Positions 26,687 through 36,400 of a stretch of 64,000 bases of DNA are shown one piece after another (position 1 is the stretch's first letter; each line of letters starts with the position of its first letter). The notes below the pieces were generated by a model. It saw nothing but the letters and a program-made list of their open reading frames with translations. It had not been told where the DNA came from and did no database searches. The position numbers and the translations under genes are program-made. The stretch is taken from positions 1 through 64,000 of the IMG/VR virus record IMGVR_UViG_3300042294_004068, one strand, 5' to 3'. This DNA is from a virus.

Positions 26687-27868
26687 ATGTTGCGTAACCT
26701 CAGCGAGCTATTCCTAGCAGCTACTCTCCTAATTTATGTTGTTCCATACATTATTTGGAAAGTCTTTAAAACTGACAACTTTGTCCCACTACCAATTATT
26801 CAGATTATCTCTGGCCTTCTCCTAGGCCCAGCAGTTCTTGGCTCTCTACACCCTGAGTTCTTCAACTACTTATTTACTAAAGACAATATCAATGTCTTGA
26901 GTGGAGTGGCGTGGCTTGGCATTATCTTTTTTGTTTGGTCAGCAGGAGTTCACCTAGATATAAAAGCAGCCTTTACAAATAAGAAAGACACCTTCACAAC
27001 AGCATCACTAGCCTTAACTGGCCCTCTAGTTTTTGGTTCTATCTTTGCTTTTATTATCTATGACCGAGGTCCTTGGGCAGGAGAACAGGCAGCAACTTGG
27101 CAGTTTGTTCTTGCTGTGGGTATGGGCATGGCTGTAACAGCGCTACCAATTTTGGTTTTGTTGATGGAAAAGCTTGGCATTTTTAATGGACCTATAGGAA
27201 GAAGAGTCCTAACTTATGCAAGCTTAGATGATATTTTTATTTGGGTTGTTTTAGGCATAATCATTATGGATTGGGATAGGTCTTTACGACAGCTAATCTT
27301 CCTTCCAATTTTTGCTTTGGCAGCCTACGGCTTAAACGCATTAGTAAAGACTCTTAAAAACAAACAAGACATCTGGTACATAACAATTGTTTGGACTATT
27401 GCAGTTGCTCTTGCTGCAGACTGGTCAGGATTGCACTACATCGTAGGTGGCTTTATGGCTGGTGCAGTAATGAAGAAGGAGTGGTTTGAAGAAAAGCAAC
27501 TCGAGGTCTTCAAAAACACAGTCTTAATTTTGATGATGCCTACATACTTCTTACTAACTGGTTTAAGGACCAGTTGGGAAGTAAGCGGTATTGCAGTTCT
27601 TCTCTTGGCTCTTGGTTTGTTTGCTGTTCAGTTTGCTGGAAAGACTACTGGTGTTTTTGTGGCAAGCAAGATTCTAGGTTGGCCTAAGGGCGAGTGGAAA
27701 CTTATGGGCACTTTGCTTCAGACAAAGGCTCTTATAGAAATCATATTTGCTACGATTCTTTTGGATAAAGGCATCATCACAGCGGACATGTTTACAGCTC
27801 TCTTGCTTATGGCTGTACTCAGTACGATGGTGACGATACCGATAGCCAGAAAGCTTTTAAAAGCTTAA
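26687..27868 (+). CDS. Cation:proton antiporter (CPA2 / Na+/H+ exchanger family)
   Basis: About 12 TMs; GLLLGP, AVTALPIL, ASLDD and GGFMAG. Confidence 0.88.
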   Translation: MLRNLSELFLAATLLIYVVPYIIWKVFKTDNFVPLPIIQIISGLLLGPAVLGSLHPEFFNYLFTKDNINVLSGVAWLGIIFFVWSAGVHLDIKAAFTNKKDTFTTASLALTGPLVFGSIFAFIIYDRGPWAGEQAATWQFVLAVGMGMAVTALPILVLLMEKLGIFNGPIGRRVLTYASLDDIFIWVVLGIIIMDWDRSLRQLIFLPIFALAAYGLNALVKTLKNKQDIWYITIVWTIAVALAADWSGLHYIVGGFMAGAVMKKEWFEEKQLEVFKNTVLILMMPTYFLLTGLRTSWEVSGIAVLLLALGLFAVQFAGKTTGVFVASKILGWPKGEWKLMGTLLQTKALIEIIFATILLDKGIITADMFTALLLMAVLSTMVTIPIARKLLKA

Positions 27869-28164
27869 TCGTGTTTTAGGTTGCTTGGCACTTTAGCCAG
27901 CTTTCCTACAAACCCTTCTGGTGCATCTTCGAATCCGACCTTCTCATCAAGGTAGCCTTTGATTGCTCGTGGCACAATGAAAGTCAAAATTTCTCTTGCC
28001 TCACATACGTTGCATCCACAAAACGGTAGACCGCTTTCAGTCTCCACTTCAGAGTTCTCCTCATCCACGGAGTCGTACAAAGCCATCATGTAGCCTTCCA
28101 AACCATTTTGTAGGTCGGTAGCCCAATCTTCATCCCTAATCACAAACTCTTTAATTTCGCTCAT
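27865..28164 (-). CDS. Hypothetical protein
   Basis: SGLPFCGCNVC; leaderless TATGAT + 6 nt. Confidence 0.65.
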   Translation of the reverse strand: MSEIKEFVIRDEDWATDLQNGLEGYMMALYDSVDEENSEVETESGLPFCGCNVCEAREILTFIVPRAIKGYLDEKVGFEDAPEGFVGKLAKVPSNLKHD

Positions 28165-28192
28165 TCCATCATCATACGCTGCTTCGGCGTAA

Positions 28193-28215
28193 AAGGGAAT
28201 GGGAGCCCGGAAAAT
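28193..28215 (+). repeat. 23-bp dispersed repeat, copy 2
   Basis: AAGGGAATGGGAGCCCGGAAAAT. Confidence 0.8.
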
Positions 28216-28240
28216 AGGATTTTTATGCTAGCCTCATTCC

Positions 28241-28378
28241 ATGATTGAATTCCTTAAAAAGCTTTTTTGTAAGCACCCAATCACCACCCAAAGCTCCTGC
28301 CCTTTCACCATGAAGAATTACGACATCTGCATCGCATGCGGAAAGGTCTCAGAACGGAACGGGAGCCCGGAAAATTGA
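28241..28378 (+). CDS. 45-aa Cys-rich peptide (not in ORF track)
   Basis: Leaderless TAGCCT + 6 nt; LFCKH...SCPFT...CIACG. Confidence 0.6.
   Translation: MIEFLKKLFCKHPITTQSSCPFTMKNYDICIACGKVSERNGSPEN
28353..28375 (+). repeat. 23-bp dispersed repeat, copy 3
   Basis: AACGGAACGGGAGCCCGGAAAAT. Confidence 0.85.
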
Positions 28379-29163
28379 TTTCCGAGCCATATAAAGACAT
28401 TCCTAAAGAGATAGTGAATGTTCTTGAAGACCTTATTACCCCTGAAGACTCATACCATCAGGGGCATAAGCGTCGTATGGCTCGCACCCTTGATGTACTT
28501 CTCAAAGAGAAACCAAAAGGCAAGCTACTAGAGCTCGGAACTTCAAAAGTTATTCCGTTGTCACTTCAGCAGCTAGCTCCAGATTTAGAAGTTCATGTCA
28601 CCGATTTTGACAAAGACTTGCCTTTAAGTGGTACTTCAACTATCTCAATCAAGGATAAAACCCTCAAAGCAACGACATACAGGGTTGACTTAGAGACAGA
28701 GGTTATCCCTGTTGAAGATGCCACTTTTGATGTAGTTATCTGCTGCGAAGTCATAGAACACATGGAGTTAGACCCCATGTTTATGTTGGCTGAGATAAAT
28801 CGAGTTTTGAAGCCAAATGGAAAGCTAATCCTCACCACACCAAACATCACCAGCTCACGGGCTTTATACAAGATGCTTCGAGGAACAGATCCATACTTCT
28901 ACATGCAATACCGACACAAGCCAGCCTTGTATCGCCACAACTACGAATACAGCGAATACTCACTACGCCAAGTAGTCAAGGCAGCAGGGTTCTCAGGTCA
29001 GGTATGGACCGAGGACTCTTTCGAAGACGGGGTTATGGAAGATATCACCCGCCTACGACAGCTTGGCTACCCACTTACCTCAATCGGGGACAACATCTTT
29101 GCAACCCTCACCAAAACTCGTGGAGTTGTAAATCGCTACCCCTCAGTAATCTACGCAGACTAA
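28375..29163 (+). CDS. Class I SAM-dependent methyltransferase
   Basis: LLELGT, FDVVICCEVIEH and RVLKPNGKLILTTPN; TTG start inferred from GGGAG in the repeat. Confidence 0.85.
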   Translation: MISEPYKDIPKEIVNVLEDLITPEDSYHQGHKRRMARTLDVLLKEKPKGKLLELGTSKVIPLSLQQLAPDLEVHVTDFDKDLPLSGTSTISIKDKTLKATTYRVDLETEVIPVEDATFDVVICCEVIEHMELDPMFMLAEINRVLKPNGKLILTTPNITSSRALYKMLRGTDPYFYMQYRHKPALYRHNYEYSEYSLRQVVKAAGFSGQVWTEDSFEDGVMEDITRLRQLGYPLTSIGDNIFATLTKTRGVVNRYPSVIYAD

Positions 29164-29164
29164 T

Positions 29165-29187
29165 AACGGAACGGGAGCCCGGAAAAA
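29165..29187 (+). repeat. 23-bp dispersed repeat, copy 4
   Basis: AACGGAACGGGAGCCCGGAAAAA. Confidence 0.85.
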
Positions 29188-29360
29188 TGGCTAAATGCAC
29201 AAAGAAAGGTTTTCAAAGTAGGGAGCTGGCTGACAGGATGGTTCAAATGAAGAACTATTCTGAAACCAAAAAAGGGCGACCAGCCAATTACTTTCTACAC
29301 CCTTGCGATGCCTGTAACCACTGGCATGTCTTAAAAGCACGCTCGGCTCGTACTATCTGA
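29187..29360 (+). CDS. Small Zn-binding phage protein
   Basis: C.KKGF...CDACNHWH; ATG abuts repeat 4. Confidence 0.6.
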   Translation: MAKCTKKGFQSRELADRMVQMKNYSETKKGRPANYFLHPCDACNHWHVLKARSARTI

Positions 29361-29366
29361 AAATGG

Positions 29367-29624
29367 CTATTTTGTTGAAGGTTTTGCTTTTTTAAACCTT
29401 AGTCCTTTTAGTTTCAAGATTGCAGGTTTTTCTGAATACTTAACCCACTCATAGACAAAAATGCATCCAGCGATTAGGAAGCCCAAGGACTCTGCTTGAA
29501 CTATGTAATAGGTGGTTGGGTCTACTAGGTAGGTCTCCCAAGGGAAGGTGTATGCAACTACAGGGAAAGCAATGGCATTGCCAAACACCACTGAAGTTAC
29601 GATGCTTTTATATACGTTTGTCAT
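29367..29624 (-). CDS. Two-TM membrane protein
   Basis: Hydrophobic segments, basic tail. Confidence 0.55.
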   Translation of the reverse strand: MTNVYKSIVTSVVFGNAIAFPVVAYTFPWETYLVDPTTYYIVQAESLGFLIAGCIFVYEWVKYSEKPAILKLKGLRFKKAKPSTK

Positions 29625-29643
29625 TGTGTCTTTCTCTTCTCTA

Positions 29644-30405
29644 CTAATTGTTAGTTTCAACAATTCGAGTATAGGTAATTACAACGTCTCCATTACCTTT
29701 ACCCCACTTGCTGATAGATGTAATTTCTGTCTTGTCCCCTCTTTTACCGCCAGAGTGGAGCATCTCGTCTGGTCCAGTGTAGATAGCAGTGTGAAAAGCC
29801 CTGCTATACCCCCTGTGAGTAAATGCAACTATGTCTCCGATTTTAGGCTCATCAACAAGGGTTCCTGCTTCTTTTTGAACCGAAGCGCTGTGATAGAGGT
29901 TGATTCCCAAGTGGGCGTATGTCCAAAGCACAAGTCCCGAACAGTCCCAAGCATCAGGGGTAGAGCCACCTAGGGCGTACCATGTTTTACCGACATAGTT
30001 CTTGGTAAGGGCGATTGCCTTATTGAGGTTTGTAGTGTCCTTAGCAATTTTCTCTAGACGAGCAATCTCTGCCTCTAACTCTGCTTGCTTGCGTTCAGCG
30101 TCTGATTCGAGTTTGTCTTGTCTTGCTTTTTCTTGAGCTAGCCAGTCTATAGAGCCAATCTCAGGAGTTTCTATCTTGATGATTGGACCAGCCACTAAGG
30201 ATGATGTTTTTACTGGCCCCGAAAGGATGCTTGTGACCTGCACAGGATTAACAACCTTTGGAGCGGGGATTGTCACTAGTTGTTCTTTTGTTACTTCTTG
30301 AATCTGTTCTGGCACCGCTTCTGCAAGAGCAAAAGCAGCACTTGTACCTGTAGTTATTACTAGTGCTGTCATTGCACCAGCTGTAATGAAACTTTTCCTT
30401 TTCAT
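29644..30405 (-). CDS. Secreted NlpC/P60 (C40) peptidoglycan endopeptidase with coiled coil
   Basis: Signal peptide; WDCSGL, FHTAIY and MLHS triad. Confidence 0.9.
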   Translation of the reverse strand: MKRKSFITAGAMTALVITTGTSAAFALAEAVPEQIQEVTKEQLVTIPAPKVVNPVQVTSILSGPVKTSSLVAGPIIKIETPEIGSIDWLAQEKARQDKLESDAERKQAELEAEIARLEKIAKDTTNLNKAIALTKNYVGKTWYALGGSTPDAWDCSGLVLWTYAHLGINLYHSASVQKEAGTLVDEPKIGDIVAFTHRGYSRAFHTAIYTGPDEMLHSGGKRGDKTEITSISKWGKGNGDVVITYTRIVETNN

Positions 30406-30480
30406 TTGGCGACCTACCTTTCCTTGGTAGTTAGTACTCGGTCGTTGAGTGTTGAGGTGTTCCTATTAAGTTGTTCGTCC

Positions 30481-30510
30481 ACCATAGCATGTGACCCACG
30501 TCACATACAA
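30481..30510 (-). promoter_or_regulatory. NlpC/P60 promoter containing a perfect CRP/GlxR box
   Basis: TTGTAT-N18-TATGGT on minus strand; TGTGA-N6-TCACA at 30490-30505. Confidence 0.7.
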
Positions 30511-30714
30511 CCTCATTTGGCTTAAAATCTAAACTTTCTATAATAAACACCCCTTTTACTAGCAGGGATGCATGGAAAAAACGGGGAAAACCCATTTTGA
30601 CTCTAAAAAAGCCAAATATACGCTCAGTTCGTACGATCTGAACTTTATCATACCTTTAAAAAACACCCCTCTTGGGTGTTGTAATTTAGAATTAAGTTAC
30701 TATAAACTATTCTC

Positions 30715-31248
30715 ATGACTACACATAACAGACCACAGTTCAGCTCCCTTACTAACAACCCAATGGGAATTGTTGGTGTTTTTCAAGAGAGGCCGAACAA
30801 GTACATGATGCTGCTTTCTTTCGCTCAGGAAATTTTGCGCGAAGAGTCACACCTACCGTCAGTTGACCGCGAGACCATTGCTGCATTTGTTAGCAACCTC
30901 AACGGCTGTCAGTATTGCTGTGGCTCTCATACCGCTTTCACTGCTTCACTTGGTGCAACAGAAGAAGACCTTGCAATTATCAAGGGCGACTTCACTGGTC
31001 ACCGTTTAGAGGCAATCCTCAACTATGTCAAGAAGCTGACTTTAGCTCCAAGCTCTATCTCAGACGAAGACCGTTTAGCAGTGCTTGATGCTGGATTTAC
31101 CGAAGAAGAGCTAAAAGACGCAATTGCAGTTTGCGCTGCTTTTAACCTCTTTAACAGAGTTGTTGAAGGTCACGGTGTTGCCCCACACGACAACTACGAT
31201 GCTGATGTTGCAATGATTAATGAACACGGGTATGACCGTAGATATTAA
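30715..31248 (+). CDS. AhpD/CMD-family peroxidase-related enzyme
   Basis: RETIAAFVS.LNGCQYC..SH and FNLFNR. Confidence 0.85.
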   Translation: MTTHNRPQFSSLTNNPMGIVGVFQERPNKYMMLLSFAQEILREESHLPSVDRETIAAFVSNLNGCQYCCGSHTAFTASLGATEEDLAIIKGDFTGHRLEAILNYVKKLTLAPSSISDEDRLAVLDAGFTEEELKDAIAVCAAFNLFNRVVEGHGVAPHDNYDADVAMINEHGYDRRY

Positions 31249-31735
31249 TCCTTATCAAGAGTCGACTGGCTTCTACTCTAGTAGAACAGCCATGTCGTCT
31301 CTCGACGACACTTGGTCTACGCCAAGAAACTACTATGCCAAGGTAAATGCAGAGTTTAACTTTGCTTTGGATGCAGCAGCCCTGCAGTCCTCTACTTTGG
31401 TGGTAGATAACTGGTATGGACCAGACCACCCTCAGGCAGACAGACAAGACGCTTTCCAGCGTGATTGGACTGCTGACGCCCAAGGTGGTGCTATTTGGCT
31501 TAATCCTCCTTATGGCAAGACCATTAAGGACTGGATGAGAAAGGCTGATGCTGAATCTCAAAAAGGAGCCACGGTTGTGTGCCTAGTGCCAGCAAGAACT
31601 GACACTGCTTGGTTCCACGACTACGCAATACACCACGAAGTTCGTTTTATTCGTGGAAGGCTGAAGTTTGGTAACTCGACCAATGCAGCCCCCTTCCCCA
31701 GCGCTTTGGTGGTCATGAGACCACTAAACAAATAG
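31220..31735 (+). CDS. dam: Phage DNA N6-adenine methyltransferase (Dam family)
   Basis: WSTP, LDAAA, WLNPPYG, PARTDT and APFPS; start uncertain. Confidence 0.9.
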   Translation: MNTGMTVDINPYQESTGFYSSRTAMSSLDDTWSTPRNYYAKVNAEFNFALDAAALQSSTLVVDNWYGPDHPQADRQDAFQRDWTADAQGGAIWLNPPYGKTIKDWMRKADAESQKGATVVCLVPARTDTAWFHDYAIHHEVRFIRGRLKFGNSTNAAPFPSALVVMRPLNK

Positions 31736-31748
31736 AAAGGTAGTAATT

Positions 31749-31982
31749 ATGGATATCGATTGGCAAGCACCTTTTAAGTTGGCCTTTGACTTAGGTCTTT
31801 TCTTAGTAGGGTCACTCATCGTGGTAATTGTTGTTGGATTTTGTCTTCTTTTGCTTTATGCAATTGTTAAGACTTTCTTCCAAGCTTTTGCTCGTGCTAA
31901 GGCAAATGTAGAAAACAAGAGTCCGAGCAAGCCAAAGAAAAAAGAAGAACCAAAGCCAACTCATCTCAAGCCAGTGCAGTAG
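31749..31982 (+). CDS. Membrane protein
   Basis: Long hydrophobic helix; AGAAAGG SD. Confidence 0.65.
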   Translation: MDIDWQAPFKLAFDLGLFLVGSLIVVIVVGFCLLLLYAIVKTFFQAFARAKANVENKSPSKPKKKEEPKPTHLKPVQ

Positions 31983-31990
31983 GCGGGTCC

Positions 31991-32710
31991 ATGCTCCCAG
32001 AATTAAAGTTTAGTTCTGATGTTGTTGTAGAACTTGTAAAGCACAGCGCTTCAGATGATGATGTTGCCTTTGCTGCTCGCGTATCTACTTTAGGTGAAAG
32101 AGCTCAGTCCCAAATCGGGACTGAGGACTCTAAATTGGGCGGTCTTATTAATTTCTTGATGCGAGACCGTCATGGATCACCTTTCGAGCACTCGGTCTTT
32201 ACTTTCTATGTAAAGGCTCCTATTTTTGTTTGGAGAGAGCATATGCGTCATCGCATTGCTTCCTACAACGAGGAGTCTGGGCGTTATCGAGTTTTAGAGC
32301 CAGAGTTCTATATACCTAACAAAGAAAGAAAACTGCTTCAGATTGGAAAACCAGGAGCATATATCTTTGAAGATGGTACTGACGAGCAACATGCAATTGT
32401 CTACAGTAACTACCGACGAGTCTGTAAAGACTCATACATGGAGTACGAAGAGATGATTCGATTGGGTATCGCACGGGAGGTTGCTAGAGGCGTTCTTCCT
32501 CTTACTATCTACTCTTCTGCTTATGTGACGATTAATTCTCGAAGTCTTATGAACTTTTTATCTCTTCGTCGTAATGTTGAAGGTCAAAGTTTTCCGTCTT
32601 ACCCGCAACGCGAGATTGAGATGGTTGCTGAAAAGTATGAAGAATTTTTTAAACAGCTTATGCCTTTAACTCATGATGCTTTTGTGAAGAACGGACGAGT
32701 ATCCCCTTGA
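31991..32710 (+). CDS. thyX: FAD-dependent thymidylate synthase
   Basis: HGSPFEH, RHRIASYNEESGRY and AREVARGVLP. Confidence 0.95.
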   Translation: MLPELKFSSDVVVELVKHSASDDDVAFAARVSTLGERAQSQIGTEDSKLGGLINFLMRDRHGSPFEHSVFTFYVKAPIFVWREHMRHRIASYNEESGRYRVLEPEFYIPNKERKLLQIGKPGAYIFEDGTDEQHAIVYSNYRRVCKDSYMEYEEMIRLGIAREVARGVLPLTIYSSAYVTINSRSLMNFLSLRRNVEGQSFPSYPQREIEMVAEKYEEFFKQLMPLTHDAFVKNGRVSP

Positions 32711-33390
32711 GTGAAGGTATTGCCTATTGCTATGCACGTGTGTCTACTCAGATGCAAGCAGAAGAAGGTGTCTCTCTTGACGCACAAGAAAGACAGTTAA
32801 TTGCTGCTGCTGAATCTGCTGGATACAAAGCGGTAATTCTTCGTGAAGAAGGTAAATCTGGTAAAAGTATTACTGGAAGACCTGTTTTGCGAAAAGCATT
32901 AGATGAATTAGACGCAGGAAAAGCGCAAGCACTTTTTGTTACACGCTTAGACAGACTTGCACGTTCAACAAGAGACTTTTTAAGTATTGTTGACCGTTCA
33001 CATAAATACGAGTGGCGTTTAGCACTTCTTGATTTGGGATTGGACACTGGTACATATCAAGGACGTTTTGTTGTAACCATCATGTCTGCAATGGCAGAGA
33101 TGGAGCGTGGAATGATTTCTATGCGTCAAAAAGACGTACATAAAGACCGTAGAGACGCGGGGAAGATTTGGGGTGTCACAATTGGCCCTAAATCTCCTCT
33201 ATCTGCAGAGATTAAAGAAAGAATTTATAGTCAGCGTTTAGCTGGACTTTCATACGGAAAAATTGCTGAAGGTTTAGAAAATGACAAAATAGAACCACCT
33301 CGTGGAGGAAACGGGTGGTATGCAGCTAACGTGAGACACATTTTTTTGGCGTATTCAAAAGAGAAAAGCATTTTAGGCGAACTCCAATAA
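32707..33390 (+). CDS. Serine recombinase (resolvase family, short recombinase/HTH tail)
   Basis: YARVST, SGKSITGRP, RLDRLARS and AEMER. Confidence 0.9.
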   Translation: MSEGIAYCYARVSTQMQAEEGVSLDAQERQLIAAAESAGYKAVILREEGKSGKSITGRPVLRKALDELDAGKAQALFVTRLDRLARSTRDFLSIVDRSHKYEWRLALLDLGLDTGTYQGRFVVTIMSAMAEMERGMISMRQKDVHKDRRDAGKIWGVTIGPKSPLSAEIKERIYSQRLAGLSYGKIAEGLENDKIEPPRGGNGWYAANVRHIFLAYSKEKSILGELQ

Positions 33391-33480
33391 GGTAAAATTA
33401 CTACGTAGTTTTGTGTGGACAGCAAGCTACAACAGGCGGTTTGTTAATCGCTTGTATTGCCGTGCGTTGGAGGCAGTGCT

Positions 33481-36400
33481 TTGTTGCGTACATTTTTTGG
33501 AAGAGCCGAACTTAATCTAAAAAGATTTTGGCTATCAGCTGCTGCTACCCCTTTTATAATTTTTCTCATCGGGGTTTTAACTCCACAAGCTGCACATGCT
33601 TCTGACGAACAGGGGGTCCAACCAACACCAGACCCAAACCAAGCGCCAAGTTCAAATGCGTCGTCGGGAGGTGATCCACAAGCTTCTTCCAGTGGCTCAG
33701 CGCAAGAGCAAATCACAGAAGTGGCAACCGCAGTAGCAACAGCGGAATCTGCAGTAACACAGTTGGAAACAAAAGTTGACCAGATTTTGGAGGTAGCAAC
33801 ATCAGTATCTCAACCTTCTACGCAAGTAACGGAATCAATATCTAATGCTCAAACTGCGGTAACAGAAGCTTCAAGTGCTACCCAACAAGCCAGTGAATCA
33901 GTACAAACAGCACAAACAGCAGTTACCGTATCGCAAATTGCCAATCAAACTTTGGCCCAAGCAACCTCCACAGTTGAGGCCCAAACCGCAGCAGTAGCAA
34001 CAGCAACATCAGAGGCAACTGCTGCAGCAACAGCAGTATCTAATCAAGAAACAGTAGTCTCTCAAGCACAAGCAACTGCAACTTCAACTCAAGCAGCAGC
34101 AGATTCAGCAAACACAAGTACAACAGTTACAGAGACTTTTAATAACAACACCACCAGCGTAGTTACAGTAACTACTGGTGGAACAACAGTAACTTCTTCA
34201 ACTGGCTCCACTGGTGTTTCAATTGGCGGAAACTGGAACACCCCTCAGACGGCTGGTCCTGCTCTTACAATTATTAATCCAACTAACGATATTGTTATTG
34301 ACGTTAATCCATCTAATACTGGAACAGTTACTCAGGTTGTAATGGGTGTGTACGCTAAAAATGGCGATACTCCAATTATTACAACAAACACAGATGGAAC
34401 CATAACCACAACGGTTTTAGACAACAACGTATCTACTCAGCTACAACCAGTTCAATATACAACTACCGAGACGGTTACTGGCACAAATATTGATACTGTA
34501 ACTATTGTAAAAGATTCCGATTATTACATTATCGACAATATTAAAGTCACGAAAACAACTTCTGACCCAGCGCTTGTTGCTGCAGCTCAGCAAGCAGCAA
34601 CTACTCTTGCCACAGAACAAGCTACTTTAACAACCCTGCAAACAGCTCAAACAACAGCAAATAACAATCTAACTTCAGCTCAAGAAAGCCTTTCTACAGC
34701 TCAAACAACTCAAGAGATGGCTCAGGATTTAGCTACAGTGTCTACTGCTGGCGCTGTTTCGGCAGTCGCAACAGCTCAAGCTTCAGTAGAACCAGCGATG
34801 ACCGCCGTTGTTGAAGCAGTTGTAGTAGTTGCTCAGACTCAAGTTGTTGTTGCTGAAGCAGCAGTTGAAACCGTATCTAACACACTTCAAACAGTTGTTG
34901 CTTCAGCAGACGCTCTTCCACTACAAAAACCAGAAGTTACTGCAGTAGTTGATGCTGCTGTTGATGCAGTTGTTGGGGCACAAGAAGCGGTTGAAGCAGC
35001 AAAGACTGCTATGGAGACTGCAGTTACTTTAGCTCAAACAGCTTTAACAGAACCAGTAGCAGCAGCAGCAGTTGCAGAGAAAACAGAAGTTTTAACACAA
35101 GCTCAAGCTGCAGTTGATGCTCAAGAGGTAGTAGTAACGCAAGCCGTTACTACCGAGGCAGCTGCTCAAGCCGTTGTGGATTCTGCTACAACTCCAGGAT
35201 TAAAAGTCGAGGTTTACAACACTCAAGGGCAAAATGCTTCTCCGACTCTTCCTGCAAACGCAGTTCCAATTCACACCACTACAGATACAAATGGAATTAA
35301 TGAGCAGTGGGGTAGCGGAAACGTTGCTGGCTCAAATCGCGGTGAAGATGTCATTGTTAAATACACTGGTCAGTGGACTCCTCAAACAACTGGGACTCAG
35401 TACCTTCATGCACCAGCAGATGACGGGGTAAGGCTTTACCTTAATGGTGAGCTAGTAATTAATGATTGGTATGACAAAGGCGGAGGTGGTTCTACAGCAG
35501 ATGTAGAGACAATCGCTGGAACAAGCAAAGTTTTTGAGTTTTGGTATTACGAAAATGGTGGTGGCGCTCATGTAGCTTTAATGCGTTTCACAGATAGTGG
35601 TTGGCAGATTATTCCTGGCTCTGAGTTTAGCCAATCATCAGCCACTGCTCAGCAATTGCAGACATTGGCCTCTGCCGAAGCAAATCTTGCAGCAGAACAA
35701 ACCGAGCTTGAAGTCTTAGAGGCAGTAGAAGATGTTGCTCAACAAGATTTAGTAAGTGCTCAAGAAGATTTACAAGATGCTGAAGAAGCTACTGATGCGA
35801 TGGAGACAGCTGTAGTTCTAGCTCAGACAGCAATTACAGAGACAGTTGAAGCAATACAAGCTGTTCAAACTGCTCAAACAACTGTGGCTGAGGAAGTTAT
35901 TCTTCAGAGTCCTATAGCTGCCCCGTCAAATATTGTAGTTACACAGTTGTCAAATGGAGATGTACAAGTTTCTTGGGACCCACCAGCAGGTGTAATTTCT
36001 CCAGAACGTTATGCAATTTCTTGGTCAAATGGAAGTGGCGGATGGGGTGTAGCAACTGGTAATGCGGGAGACGCCAATGCTCTTAATACAAGCATTGTTC
36101 TTTCAGCATCTCTATTTGAGTCAACTGGTGGATTAGACACTACTTATCAAATCAGTGTTCGCTCAGATAATGATTCACTTGCTAAATACTCAGATGTAGT
36201 TGCAACTCAAATGTTTATTTCCGATCCCACCCCGGCTCCAGAACCTCAACCAACTCCTCAGCCTGAACCAACTCCGAATCCTGAGCCTCAACCAGAGCCG
36301 CAGCCTGAACCCACGCAGCCAGAACCAGAGCCAGAACCGCAGCCAGACCCACAGCCAGAACCAGAGCCAGAACCCACCACACCTGAGCCAGAACCTGAAA

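Noticed and set aside
28336-28374. Longer starts for 28336.. and 29004.. sharing TEREPGK
   Set aside because: The shared peptide is just translation of the 23-bp DNA repeat; real starts follow it
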